Below, piece by piece: positions 42,766 through 57,928 of a stretch of 64,000 nucleotides of DNA (the first letter of the stretch is position 1; every line of letters starts with the position of its first letter). Below the pieces are notes generated by a model. It was not told the DNA's origin. It made no database searches and worked only from the letters and a program-made list of their open reading frames with translations. Origin of the DNA: Eledone cirrhosa (Eukaryota); the NCBI GenBank assembly GCA_964016885.1, contig OZ024741.1, positions 238,762,001 through 238,826,000 of the forward strand, written 5' to 3'. A program made the translations under genes and the position numbers.

Positions 42766-44226
42766 ATTAATACAATAACAGAGATAGTTTAAAGCTAATC
42801 TCTGACTGGTAACCATCTCACTCAACAAACATTAGGTTATATTTTAATATAAACCCAATTTAAGTGTTTGGGGTGCTAACAATATGTATTATGTGGAAAA
42901 GCCAGTTGTATTATTTTATGAGATATAAATAAAGTTAAAATATATCTCTCTTTCCAAACAATTGTTTCATTATAAGTTTTCTACAAATTCGGAGAATATT
43001 TCCAGTTTATGTAGAAGCCTAATATACATTCATGTAAGAATATATTTAGGTGGGCGCTTATAAATCATCAGTGGATGCCCATTAAACCTTGATATAAGAA
43101 AAACATTTCTTACCAGTGTTAAAAATCATGTCCGTTAAGTTGCTCCCTCCCGCATCGAATGACCGGCAAATTTGAAATTCCAGCAGTTTTTGACTGAGGA
43201 AGTGTTATAGCGTCACTAAGCGGGAAGGGGAGATAACTACGATCCACGAAAGGAGGAAAAAAAAAATAATAATAATATACACGCGGGTTAATCAGTTTAT
43301 TCGAAAACATTATCAATCCAACGTGTTAAGAACTCAATTGAAATTAAAAAAATAAATATATGCGTGTATAAATTACACACGCATATAGATATTTTCTTAG
43401 GCTAAAATCAGAGATTGTACCTGAATAAGAAACCGCATCTCGTAACCGTAGTAAATACGGAAAGTTATGCTTAGAAGGGCAAATGGGAATGTAAATCTCC
43501 GGCCGAATTAAGAGTAAAATATAAAACACACGCGGATTAATTAGTTATTTCAAAACTAATATCAAATCCTCGTGTAAAGAACTCAATTAATTAAAAAAAA
43601 TAAATGTATGCATGTAATTATATACATAGGCATAAATATATTTTCCTAGGCTAAAAAACAGAGAAGTTACAACCAATAAAAACCACAATATCGCACAACA
43701 GTAAAATACGGAAAGTCAAATTTTTAAGGTACCTGGAAATAAACACCTCTGGCCAATCAAGAGTAAAGTATTAATACAATAACAGAGATAGTTTAAAGCT
43801 AATCTCTGACTGGTAACCATCTCACTCAACAAACATTAGGTTATATTTTAATATAAACCCAATTTAAGTGTTTGGGGTGCTAACAATATGTATTATGTGG
43901 AAAAGCCAGTTGTATTATTTTATGAGATATAAATAAAGTTAAAATATATCTCTCTTTCCAAACAATTGTTTCATTATAAGTTTTCTACAAATTCGGAGAA
44001 TATTTCCAGTTTATGTAGAAGCCTAATATACATTCATGTAAGAATATATTTAGGTGGGCGTTTATAAATCATCAGTGGATGCCCATTAAACCTTGATATA
44101 AAAAAAAACATTTCTTACCACGGTTAAAAATCATGTCCGTTAAGTTGCTCCCTCCCGCATCGAATGACCGGCAAATTTGAAATTCCAGCAGTTTTTGACT
44201 GAGGAAGTGTTATAGCGTCACTAAGC
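42766..44226. repeat. Direct repeats of about 455 bp (42766-43221 and 43770-44226) enclosing two diverged units of about 250 bp
   Basis: Direct reading; period about 1004 bp. Confidence 0.85.
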
Positions 44227-44227
44227 T

Positions 44228-44629
44228 ATTAATAACAGGAATTCCAACTTAGTCTGATTTACTCGTTTTATTTACAATCCTTTACAATTATAATGAAAGT
44301 ATAATGAAATAGTATGGTAGAATATTAAATGTTAATTGTTAATTGAACAAGTACCGTCATGCTTTCGCAATTTTCAGATTCATATTCAGTGGTGACAGTC
44401 AAGTTTCCACAGTTGAAAATTGCAAACTTGACTGTCACCACTGAATATGAACCTGAAGATTGCGAAAGCATGAAAGTACTTGTTCAATTAACACTTAACA
44501 TTTAATATTCTAACATACTATTTCATTATAATTTCACTATAATTTTAAAGGATTGTAAATAAAATGAGTAAATCAGACAAAGTTGGAATTCCCTTTATTA
44601 ATATAATCTTCTATACACAATCATACACA

Positions 44630-44631
<2 letters not shown>
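44228..44631. mobile_element. Non-coding palindromic element derived from the pseudo-LTR of the 33522-35275 PLE family
   Basis: Arms at about 44228-44406 and 44424-44601 match 33551-33730; 30-bp extension on the right. Confidence 0.85.
44448..44486 (+). ncRNA. Minimal hammerhead ribozyme motif
   Basis: TGAAC-CTGAAGA-T-TGC-GAAA-GCA-T-GAA-AGTACT-T-GTTCA. Confidence 0.78.
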
Positions 44632-44692
<61 letters not shown>

Positions 44693-46754
44693 GTTGTTAT
44701 ATAGTAAGGTGTATTATTGGTTGTGTCAAACGGTCCAATAAATTTTTGTTAGCAAATTAAGTTCTCCACGCTTGTGTATATCTCCAATTCCATTTATGGG
44801 AACAGCTAGATTATGTAAAACGGAGTATTTGTATCAAAATAAAGATCCGAAGGCATGGTATAAATTTCCAATCATTTCAATCACGACATGTGTTTCAATA
44901 AGAGATAGATCGATCGTGTAGCCATAATCGATTATCACTGATTCCGTCAGATGAAAATGAATTGTCTTCAAATCCTTGATATGAGGGAGAAAATTAACTA
45001 TGTTCACTCACAGAGTTTAGTCCCTCATATGGAGATCAAGCAGTCAAAACACGGCGACTGCTATCGTCCTCAGTTAGGGTCATAAAACTATCAAGTCTCC
45101 CAATAGCTGTAAAAGAAGCTGGACATCAATCAAATCTGTAGAATTACAGTCGGTCACAGTTAATGTGAGTAGGTACACACACACTCACACACACCGACGC
45201 GAGGTCAAAGAATTAATATATACATATACCAACATAGCATCAAATCTGTAGAACTATAGACGGTCACAGTTAGTGTGAGTGAGTACACACACACTCACAC
45301 ACCGACGCGAGGTCAAAGAAAAAATATAGAGATATACCAACATAGTATTCACCGAAAGTTAGTTTACAAAACAACAAATGTTATATTGGTCAAATCTCTA
45401 TTTGATGTAAATTGGAAAAATTGGGTCAACCGCAACCCTATACACACGCAAGAAAGTTCAGTTCAATATTCTGCTATACGTGTATAGATTGAGTTGTAAC
45501 ACCCGTATCTCCAAACAGTGTATGTTATGGTATATACACATCCGTATCGTCCAAAAAAGTGTATGTTTAGGTATATACACATCCATGTGAAGAGCAAGTA
45601 GTCAGCTCATATCAAACTCAGTATGTGCCGTTGTCCCATTGAGAATCTGAGTCCCCAAATCTGTTCGTGCAAGCAACCGCTATATAGACCACCAAGGGGC
45701 TCTGTGTAGGGTTGGGTAAATGGGGTTAAAGTGACTGTATGTGCGATTTCCCCTCATATGGGCCCTTGGGCTTTTAAGATAGGTGTTTCAGTGGTGGAGG
45801 TGTGTTATCCAACACAAAAAGTAAAATAAAATAAAATAACAAAGAATACCAAAACCCAGAGGATGTGTGTAGGCCCATTAATGGTGTGTAAGTATTACTG
45901 TCCAGTCTGTAACCGTGAGCACTGCATGGTTAGATGATCACGGATCAAAACCTAGTGTAGTGCTCAATCGATAGGAACGTGACCAGTAATAACTGCGGGA
46001 ACTCTGTCTAAAAGAAACCGGGTACTGTGTGTAGGATTATGTATAGAGAGTGTAATCGGTCTTAACTGAGTGTGTAATATGTCTAGCTATATCCTAACCG
46101 AGAGAACTCAATGGTTAGGGTATCCTAAAGTAATGGTGAATGCGCGTAATCGGTCTTACCTGAGTGTGTAATCATTCTAACTATTTACTAACTAGGTATT
46201 CTAATGTGCACTTAGCTGTGAGAGCTCTGTGGAAACAGGTCGAGTGCCGTTTGTAAGTCCGCAAACGATCTTAACTGTCTAACTACCTGAGTGTGTGATT
46301 GTCTGTTTTTGAGAGAACTCTATGGCTAAGGTAGAGAGGGAGGAGTTAGTGGTAGGTTACTTTCCAAAAATCCTGCGGAAGGTTTTCGAGGTTCTATGTT
46401 GGCAATTGCTGAAAAAATCCGCTCTCCTATTGATTAATAGCGGGTCGCCTTTAATAATATTAAAGGTTTCAGCTATACATAAATTACAGACGCCAGTGCT
46501 GCCGTTATGTGGCTGGAATGAGCAAATTATGGACCAGGATAAGGAGTGCTCTATATTCTGTTGTTTAAGCTTCCAGACTAATTCAGAAAGCGCCGTGCTA
46601 TTTTTTTTTATCTAATCTATTAAAGGTATGGCGGTGATTATATCATCTATCCTTAAATTCAGTGGCAGTTGCCCCAACATACCTTACAGTCGTAGACTAT
46701 GTTTTTGGTGAGGAATTTCCCAGCCAAGGGACAAGTGGCGGTGTTCCTGCAATT

Positions 46755-47790
46755 ACAGATTCGGGATTCTACTATGAAGCAACATCAGAGAGGAAAACAC
46801 ATGATCGACGATCTGATGCCTTCAGAACGCCCGAGTTCGTCGTTGAATTTCAGGATATCATCAACAATGAACCTAGCAAGTCGATGCATGCTATTGCAAG
46901 GGAGAAAGGCGTGGATGAAAAGCTCATTAGGCTGGTGGTACACGAAGACATTTGCTATGTTTCATACAAGATGAGGAAAGGACAATTTCTGTCAAAGGCG
47001 ATGCAAGAAAAGCGACTGAAGCACGCAAAGAAGCTGATCAACAAGTTGAAACACCCACTGGAGCCAGACATGCTGTGGTTTTTCTCCGACGAGAAAGACT
47101 TCTGCCAAGACCAGAAGATCAATTCCCAGAACAACAGGTGGGTCGCTGTCTGATCCAAAGACGTGCCCAGAGTCATGCAGACAAAGTTTCCAGCGACAAC
47201 ATTGGTCTTAGGTGTCGTCAGCATTCAAGGTCACGTCATTCCACCTCACTTCTTCCCTGAGGGCCTCAAGCTGAACACCGATGGCTACATCCGCGTTCTA
47301 AGCGAGGTAGTAAAGCCCTGAATCGACCAGGTAGCTGCAGGTAGGCCGTACGTGTGGCAGCAAGACTCAGCGCCCTGCCATACCAGCCGAAAGACCCAAG
47401 CCTGGCTGTCAGAGAACTTCGACGACCACACTTCACCTGACATCTGGCCTCCCAGCTCGCCTGACTGCAACCCCTTCGACTTCTTTGTGTGGGGCGCAGT
47501 GGAACGAGACACCAAAAGATCTAGCTGCAATATGAAAGACGATCTGAAGGCCAGGATCACAAGTGCCTTTAGGGGCCTAAGTTGGGGGACAGTAACGAAG
47601 GCCTGTAGCCGGTTCCGAGGCCGCCTTGAGGCCGTCATCAAAGCCAATGGCGGGTTTATCGAGTGAGATCGAAAGAACAAGCCATGAAGACAAACTGACC
47701 CAAGTTTGATAAATATATCTTAAAAAATAAAACTACTGTGTTACTTTTTCCCAGCCAGTTATCTTGCGAACAAATATCGTCCGCACCCTG
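46755..47790 (+). mobile_element. Tc1/mariner DD37D (maT-type) transposon remnant with inactivated transposase
   Basis: FFSDEK and WQQDSAPCH..WPPSSPDCNPFD, with 37 residues between the last two Asp. In-frame stops at about 47151 and 47320. Right TIR ends CACCCTG|TA; no left TIR seen. Confidence 0.88.
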
Positions 47791-48321
47791 TATATATATA
47801 CATCTACACCCACAACACGCTTAAACCCCACACACGCGTGCTTTCCACCACATATTTACACCTTCAGCCTCCAGATTCCTCTCCCCCCACCCCTCTATCC
47901 ACACACGCACACACACTCCGACCTACACCCCACCCCACACACACCTCTTCCTGAACATGCAACCCCGTTCTTCCCCCAACCCTTGCTTTCACATACACAC
48001 ACACACACACGTACACCTACACACACACACCACCTTCAGCCCTCCCCGCTCGGACACCCCGTCTCCCTCTCCCCACTCCACCCGCCACCACCCCTACACA
48101 CCCCACACCCTTCCACCACCTGTTTTACCCCTTTTTAATTTCAGTTTATTTTGATCATGCTTTTATATTTATTTTTATTTCATTTCATTTTAATTTGATC
48201 ATGCTTTATTTTTATTTTTATTTTTAATTTCATTCGCACCGTTTCCTCCCACCCCCTTTTCGCTAAATGTCTCTCCACCACTCCCCTACACACCCTTTGA
48301 ACTCTCTTCCCACACACTTCT

Positions 48322-48355
48322 CACCTGAGGAAGGGCTTATGCCCGAAACGTCGTT
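48322..48355 (+). ncRNA. Minimal hammerhead ribozyme motif in a C/T-rich PLE-like 3' region (about 47800-48445)
   Basis: AC-CTGAGGA-A-GGGC-TTAT-GCCC-GAA-ACGT-C-GT; stem I is very short. Confidence 0.6.
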
Positions 48356-48465
48356 CCCCACCACCACCACCCCACTCTCCAGAGCGTGAAATTAATAAAC
48401 ATTCGTTGTACTGCCTCTCTGTTTTGTTCCTGTTTAAATTTTCCATTATATATATATATATGTAC

Positions 48466-48496
<31 letters not shown>

Positions 48497-48519
48497 TATA
48501 TATAATTTTTCATTTCATT

Positions 48520-48787
<268 letters not shown>

Positions 48788-48810
48788 GTATATAAATATA
48801 TATACACATA

Positions 48811-48866
<56 letters not shown>

Positions 48867-49049
48867 AATAACAGGAGGCTGAACTGGTGTAATTCCTTAA
48901 AAGATTCATTATACTATGATCATTTCAATGACCGGCTTCAGTATGAATCCGGTGACATCATAGTTAGTTTCATGCTGGCGATAGGTGTGCACTGGAGTCA
49001 GTGCCGCTGTTCATTATTACATCTGAAAGCGCTGGAGCATTATTTATTT

Positions 49050-49240
49050 AGGTGGATTGGCAGTATCGGTAGAGGGTCGGACCTCATGCTTTGACCCATA
49101 GAGTTACTGCCCTTGCCATTCTGAGTTCAAATCCCGCCGAGGTTAACTTTGCCTTTCATTCTTACGGGGGTCGATAAAATAAAGTACCAGTAATGTACTG
49201 GGTAATTGCTGGCCTTGTGCCAAAAGTAGAAACAATTATT
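49050..49240 (+). mobile_element. tRNA-derived SINE; fragments also at about 19458-19565, 34117-34186, 62790-62878 and 62915-63030
   Basis: B-box GAGTTCAAATCC and a repeated gtcgataaaataaagtaccagt body. Confidence 0.7.
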
Positions 49241-50151
49241 TATTTAGGTTTGTTGGTTCACCACTGGATAGAACTGGTCAATCGGTATGGTCAACCTCGA
49301 TATAATATTATGGAGAGCACTCAACGTAATGCAACTCACCCGTCTTCGTTTGTGTAGTTGGTGGTGCGAGTTCGGAGTTAATTATTATAAAATAACAGGA
49401 GGCTGGACTGGTGTAATTGCTTAAATATATGTATGTATATATATTTTGTTGTTGTGTCCCAATGTGCACTGGAATTAATGATATTGACTTTGATGCACCG
49501 AAACCATAGTGATTTCCAGACATTGAGGGGATGGGACTGTCCATCTTTTTGTTTTATTTTGTTTCCATTGTCTTTGTCCTATATGCACCCTATTTTGAAT
49601 ATATATATATATAAAACATGTATTATGTAACAGTAGCATGTAAAAATCCATCAATTAATATTTTTAATAGTCCCTAATATTTTATCAGTGTAGTATTTAG
49701 GCAAGGAACAAGTATCCTACAGCTTTGTATTTGGTGATATCTCCACTGCAATTTTTAATAACAAACTCATTAACTAGAGAATTGTTGAAACTCATAAACA
49801 TATATAAGGTTTTTTTATTTTTTAAATATATATTTACAGAAATTGTATTTATATAAAGTACATTTAATCACATTTGACAATTTTTAAACAATGTATATGT
49901 GATTGCATTGTAGGATGTGTGAATGTGTGTGTGTGTGATGGGAGTAATGTATAAATAAAACAATGCATATATACAGACACACACATTTAAAAAAATGTGA
50001 TCTTAAAGCTTGTCTCTATTATATTTTTGTTATATTCAATAAATAGTTTTGAATATATCTTTGCAGACCATTTTTAGGGCTTAATTCCGGAAACAAAATT
50101 AGCGAATTTTTCTTGAAACCAAAATAAAATCCAAAAAGTTTATATCAAAGT

Positions 50152-50236
50152 TTAATTCACTGCTACTTTTGAAATCTTACTGGCTGGAATGTTTTCTGTT
50201 GTAATTTTAGAGAGTACTGCATTCTGGATGTTGAAT
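50152..50236 (-). CDS. Possible terminal coding exon of an unidentified host gene
   Basis: Strong acceptor ttttttttctttgtatttcag| followed by an open frame FNIQNAVLSKITTENIPASKISKVAVN* in non-repetitive DNA. Confidence 0.3.
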
Positions 50237-50697
50237 CTGAAATACAAAGAAAAAAAATGAAAAATATACACTTAAAATTTATTTTATTTTAATAAGTATT
50301 GCACAGTTTTGAATTAGATTCACAAATTATCAAGTGTCTGAGTCTGTATGACGCTAATGTTTTCTTCAGACAGAGCTAAGATAACATAGGTGACATTTAT
50401 TGAAGCTGATTGCTGCTTCTAGAAATACATCTTGTGCAAGTTTACAGAATGAAGGTGTAGTGCTGAGTATTAGAGCCCTATAGGTCACAAGCAAAAGCAT
50501 TTCATGTAGAACACTGTTTTATCCTTTTATCACAGTATTATGTGATGAACTACTGATAAACACATAAAACAGAGGGAAATCCCAACCATGTGGTTTCAAG
50601 TTCGGTCCTACTGTATAACACTTTGAACATGAGTCTTCTACTCCAGCCTAATATTGACTAATGCCTTGTGAATGAAATTTGGTTCACTGTGCATATA

Positions 50698-52536
50698 TGT
50701 ATATATATAAAATTAAGTATGTGTGTCTGTGTATTACCTATAGGGGCCTACATCTTACGACCGATTTTCATGAAACTTTATAGGCTCATAGATTAGTCAT
50801 CGGGGAGTGTTTTCTATATTTCAGCGTTTCATTTTTTTTATTCCGGGGTCATTAAATATTCAAAAATAAGTCAACCAAATGCACAAAATCTTAGTTAAAA
50901 CAAATTAAAGGGAAGTAAATCTTGATAAATCTTGATACCTAAGAAGCAGGACAGAAGGAATTATTTCCCGTTGATAGTTACTCTAATCGGTTAAAACAAT
51001 TGCCACACAATGACAAATGACTTCTTGGTCGCTCTACCAGCTAAAAATACATTGAACAAAATATTTCAGTAAAATCATCTTAAGAAACATCAACACCATT
51101 CTATCATGAGACACTAATAATGAAAAAGAACGAATGTAGGAGAAATCGTTAATCCATATAAACTTTCACCGTTAATTCAGCAGACGACATCACTTAATAT
51201 CTACACTTCTACATTGATCTGTATGTTAATTCTCTCTCTCTATTATATATATATATATAATCTTTCTCTCTATTTTATCTGTATATATATCTGTATATAT
51301 ATCTGTATAGATATAAGATTATATACGATTTCACTCAACATTTCACCATTTGCTACACCTTACGACCGATTTTCAAGAAACTCGCCAGCTCATGAATTTC
51401 CAACCAGGTTTTATTCCTACTTGAACTCCGTTCATCTCAGTTCACACTATTGACATCTACTACAACCGGGTGTCAACGATAATTCTTTAACTTTTTAAGC
51501 CTGCGATAAATGGTTACTTTGTATAATCCGGTTATACTCTTCTCTGCATTAATCTCTTTCATGGGTGCTATTCCAGATGTGCTTAAACTACTCTTTAGAT
51601 AATGCCTCCGAAGAAGAGTAACAAAATTGGTCGGAAAACGGCGCGAGGCAGAAGTATGACAAATAGACGAGCAAGTGAGCCACTACAAAATGCCGAAATA
51701 AGACGAACTAGAAATGCAATGTCCACGGCCGGTGCACGCGCTGCTGAAACGGAGGATCAGCGCATCCGCAGACAGACAAGAGATGCTGTGTCGAAGGCCA
51801 GTGCATGAACTTCTGAAAATGAGGTTCAGCGCGTTCGCAGACAAAGAAGAAACGCAATGTCGACGGCCACTGCACGAGCATCTGAAAATGAGGTTCAGCG
51901 CGTTCGCAGACAAAGAAAAAAAGCAATATCGACGGCTAGTGCACGAGTTTCTGAAAATGAGGGTCAGCGCGTTCGCAGACAAAGAAGAAACGCAATGTCG
52001 ACGGCCACTGCACGGGCTACGGAGACATCATCCGAAAGGCGTGATCGGTTGCAGAGTAATCTTCAAAGAAGCCTTTCCAGAAATGGTCTTTCAAGGCCTT
52101 CCAGTTCGCGATGGCTACTTAAGGCGTTTGAATATAGCCCAACCTTCAATTATGCCACCCATGCTGATGTGATCATTGGCCATATGTCCACCATTTGCAC
52201 CTACTGCAATACCATCTGGGATGTGCTGCGCGAATGGAAAGGTCAGCTTACCTTTCCTCCTTGATCCACCTGAGCCATTGAAGACGCATCTGGCAGGTGA
52301 AACAGCGGTGTCTAAGCACTTCCTTGAAAATATCCGGAAATACGACTGCGCCTTTCAGATGACATTGTTTGGAGCAAACAATGTTAAGAAAGACGGTTTC
52401 ATGCCTACATTTAAAGTTCAGGGGCAACTGTGTGTGGCCATAGATGAGTCATCAAGAAGCAGTCGCTAAGATCAACACCTTTTCATCAAAGAAGATATTA
52501 TTTTACCTACCCAGGCAACACTGGGTACTGCTGCTA

Positions 52537-52537
<1 letters not shown>
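50698..52537 (+). mobile_element. Internally deleted Helitron with a RepHel N-terminal remnant
   Basis: 51602-52430 has tandem ETxxQRxRR repeats, IGHMSTICTYC..CCANGKVSL, SKHFLENIRKYDCAFQMT.FG and FKVQGQ. The 3' hairpin TACCCAG-GCAACA-CTGGGTA (52508-52527) is followed by CTAG|T (52534-52538). Confidence 0.9.
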
Positions 52538-52590
<53 letters not shown>

Positions 52591-52594
52591 TATC

Positions 52595-54130
<1,536 letters not shown>

Positions 54131-54164
54131 TTCTTCTTCTTCTTCTTCTTCTTCTTCTTCTATC

Positions 54165-55295
54165 ATGGGGGCAGAGTCCACACCCACTCCTTCCAGTAGG
54201 TGCTGTCAGAAGCAACTGTCTCTAATTGATCTGGCTGGATCCTCAAGTAAGACCAGCAGAACTCATGGATATTATCCAACCATCTTGTTTGAGGTCTACC
54301 CCTGGGTCTCCTGCCGACTGGTTGTGCCTGTAAATCTGTCCAAGAATTCTTTCCTAAGCCATTCTAACAAGATGCTGTTATCTCTCAATTCAGCGGCTCT
54401 ACCTGGTACAACCCTCTGATCTCCAAGCTATGCACTCTATCAGGTGACATTATTCCAAAGACGCTTAGGAGGAACCCCATTTTGGTTGCTTGTATATCAT
54501 GATCATAATCTTTCAGTCATTACACAAAATTCACGACCATAGGTGAGGATTGGCATGAATACTGAGTTTGGCTTTTACACCTACCTCCCGTCTTCTGATT
54601 ACCAAATGCTGAAGTTGGTACATTACTGCACTAGCTCCTGCAATTCTTGCACTTAATTCACCTGCCATCCATCACTCATAAACACAGCCACGAGATACTT
54701 GAACATCTCCACCTGCTTTAGTGGAACTTCATTCACATGTAGAGTGCACTGCATGGGCTTCCTTGAGAGGATGAGTGTCTCAGTTTTCATAGCACTGATT
54801 TTTATTCCAGCCATGCAGCACTGTCAAGTGAAACCTATCAAGAGCAAGTCAGAGACCACCTTCTGATTAGTTAAGTAATAAGATGTCATCTTCAAATTCC
54901 AGCCAACTGATCCTACACCTGCCATTCATGACACCACTTCAAACCCAGCTGTGAATGTCAATCCTGTTCATGAAGACTATGAACAGGAGAGGTGACAGAA
55001 TGCACCCTTGTTAGAGTTCAACTCCCACATTAAATGGTTTTGATTTAGCACCATTTATCCGAACACAAATACTCGGGCATTCATATAGAGACATTGGGAC
55101 AGCAAGCTGTTCATTGATCCCATACTCCAGCAGAACCTTTCACTACAGATCCCATGGAATGTGGTCATATGCCTTTGCAATGTCTAGATAGCAAGAATAC
55201 AGCTCTTGGCAGTACTCCTACAATTTCTCAAAGACCTGCCACAGTGTGAATATTTGGTCGGCTGTGCTGTGTCTGGGGCGAAAAACCACACTGAA
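54165..55295 (-). mobile_element. Old decayed RTE-type RT fragment
   Basis: Minus strand reads FRPRHSTADQIFTL, YLDIAKAYD, QGCILSPLLF and FKYL with many stops. Confidence 0.7.
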
Positions 55296-55517
55296 GTCAT
55301 TATTATAATATAAATTTGTACTTTCTCTACCAATGTATAGAACACTTTACTTAAATGTGATTGGTTTTTTTTTTCATTCCTCTTCAGAAAACCATTCTTA
55401 ATTACATATATATATGTAATATGTTAATAAATTGTGTTTTGATGCATCACTGATTCCTTGTTCTCTATAATATATATATATGTGAGTGTGTGTAATTAAA
55501 TATATATATATATATAT

Positions 55518-56195
55518 CATCATCATCGTTTAACGTCCATCTTCCACGCTAGCATGGGTCACTTGAGACAAGATTGGTTGTCTTGCTCAGGACTGTCTGG
55601 CAGGTTTTCTATAGCTGGATGCTCTTCCTAACACCAACCACGTTTACACAGTGGACTGGGAGGTTTTTACCGTGTTACCTACACGACCACATTACAGCGT
55701 GGACTGTGTGTTTTTGTGTCATGACACCTACACGACTTCATTTATTTAGGACTGGATGTTGTGGTACCAACATAGCTTTACATCAAAAGGGGTGGTGTAG
55801 ATGGCGGTGGAGGTAGGGGTAGTGGGACGGAGGTGTATTTTGGTTAAGAGGTGCCTACTGACTGTAGGTTTCGCTTTGTACTTAGGCAAGGCAGGTCTTC
55901 TGTATTACTACGTAGCGCCAAAGATCTCGGTCCAGTGACATTGTCTTGGAGAGGTGTAAGTGTGTGAGGTCGGATTTTATCACGTCGTCCCAGGTTTTTC
56001 TGGGTCTGCCTACTCCGTAGCTACCATCTATTTTGATCGCCCTGCACTTTTTTATACAGCTGTCATCTTTCATGCGCATCATGTGACCATACCAACGTAG
56101 TCTTCTCTCGAGTAAACAGCAGCTGATCCCTCTTATTCCTAATTTCTCACTTAGTTCATTTATGCTTTGCTGTTCGCGTATATTACTATTACACA
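55518..56195 (-). mobile_element. RTE-clade LINE 3' fragment
   Basis: ORF 55882-56211 is highly similar to the C-terminus of 53093-53815. Confidence 0.85.
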
Positions 56196-57084
56196 ATATA
56201 TATATATACATATATATATATATTAATACAAGGACAATTTGTTAAGCTTTCAATACATTTATTGATTGGTGACGTGTGTTTTGCTACTGATCAGCTAAAG
56301 GTTCAATCTGTACCAATCTGGCCTGACTCTGGAATCAAAAGCTTTGTCGGACTTCTGCTGTTATAATGCTATATATGATGATATATATACACATATATAT
56401 ACATATATATATCATCTTCATCATCATCATACTGTTTAACGTTCATTTATCCGGTGATGATAATGATGTATGTATATATAATATGAAGAATACACCAAAG
56501 CTGAAGCAGCAATAGGGCAGACACCATTTCAAATTAATTCAGGCAATCCTAAAGTACTCACTGGTGTGAAAAGTTAATAAATTTCTTGACCAAAGTAATG
56601 ACATAGAATTATAAAAGGGTGACAATGAATATCTCAACTAGGTGTATGTAGTTATATAACCACAACAATGACGAATACCAACAAGTAAATGAATCAACTG
56701 ACTTGCACTGATTATGAGCTTCAAGAATAGTGCATTACAAATTGCAATGTGCATATGCATGTTCTAACAGTATCTAGCAGTTGTTATGCAATAGAACAGG
56801 AGCTCTGTGATCAGCAAGCAAACATTTGATAAATCTACTTTTTATCTTTCCATGAAGAGGCTGTGAATAACAAAATCTGTATGGATATGGCAACAAGGAA
56901 CGACGCAAGGAATGGCTCTCCTATCTAAATATAATATTATCACCAAAAACTTCCCTCTTAACACATGTCAGATGGATTACAATATTAATTATTGGAAATA
57001 TTTTCACTATTCCCTGACTTGTAGAACCAATTTCAACATAATATTTCTTTAACAAAGTAAATCTGATTTTCCCCAACAAACTAC

Positions 57085-57350
57085 CTGTTTGGTGGTGCTT
57101 GTTTCCTGTGGCTGTTTGCTGCTTACTGTCCCGGTGCAGCTGCCACATGTAAAGTCTACATTCCTAACTAAGCTTCCTGAGATCCCACTACATCTCTTGT
57201 GGACCCATAGTTTGCATTTAGGGCAGAGGGTGGAATTCCTACCTACACCTTTCCTACATAATGAGCAAGGCCATTTCCTTGAGGGGATCTGGGTTCTGTT
57301 CTTTCGTCTACTTACGAGGACCTTAGCCTTTGTCAGGTTTACTTTGAGAA
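57085..57350 (-). mobile_element. RTE fragment containing a PHD-like zinc finger
   Basis: [36 protein letters not shown]. Confidence 0.75.
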
Positions 57351-57739
57351 TGAAAATAATAAATCACTATATCCCGTAAGGGATCACAGTAAGTATACCC
57401 CAAATTCTATAAACAGCAATATACACACAGATTTTTTCATCATTTGTTGCTGTGTTGATAAGCGTTTTGGCATTGATACACTGGTTGGATGCCCTTCCTA
57501 ACACCAGCGCCACTTTACAGCATCGACTGGGTGCTTTTATTTGTGCTTTTATTTTTATTTGTAGATATATACCACACATGCATATATACACCCAAAGTGA
57601 AAAGAAATCACACTGTTTCGTACTAGAGACACTATTGTAACCATCGTAACGTACATTATAAAAGCACTCTGAACATTGACTTCATTTCTAGCCCACATAC
57701 ACCTTTTAATTTTATATATGTGAGCAGATCTTTTTGTAT

Positions 57740-57820
<81 letters not shown>

Positions 57821-57928
57821 ACTTAGGAAAATGGAAACAAAAAAAAACAACATTTTATTAATCTTGTTAACAGGTGTGCTAAACTTATGCAACATATCTA
57901 TTTGTTTACATTTTGTTTTACTGTACAG

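Noticed and set aside
51800-52010. CRISPR-like repeats
   Set aside because: They are contiguous 69-bp coding repeats with no unique spacers, in a eukaryotic context.
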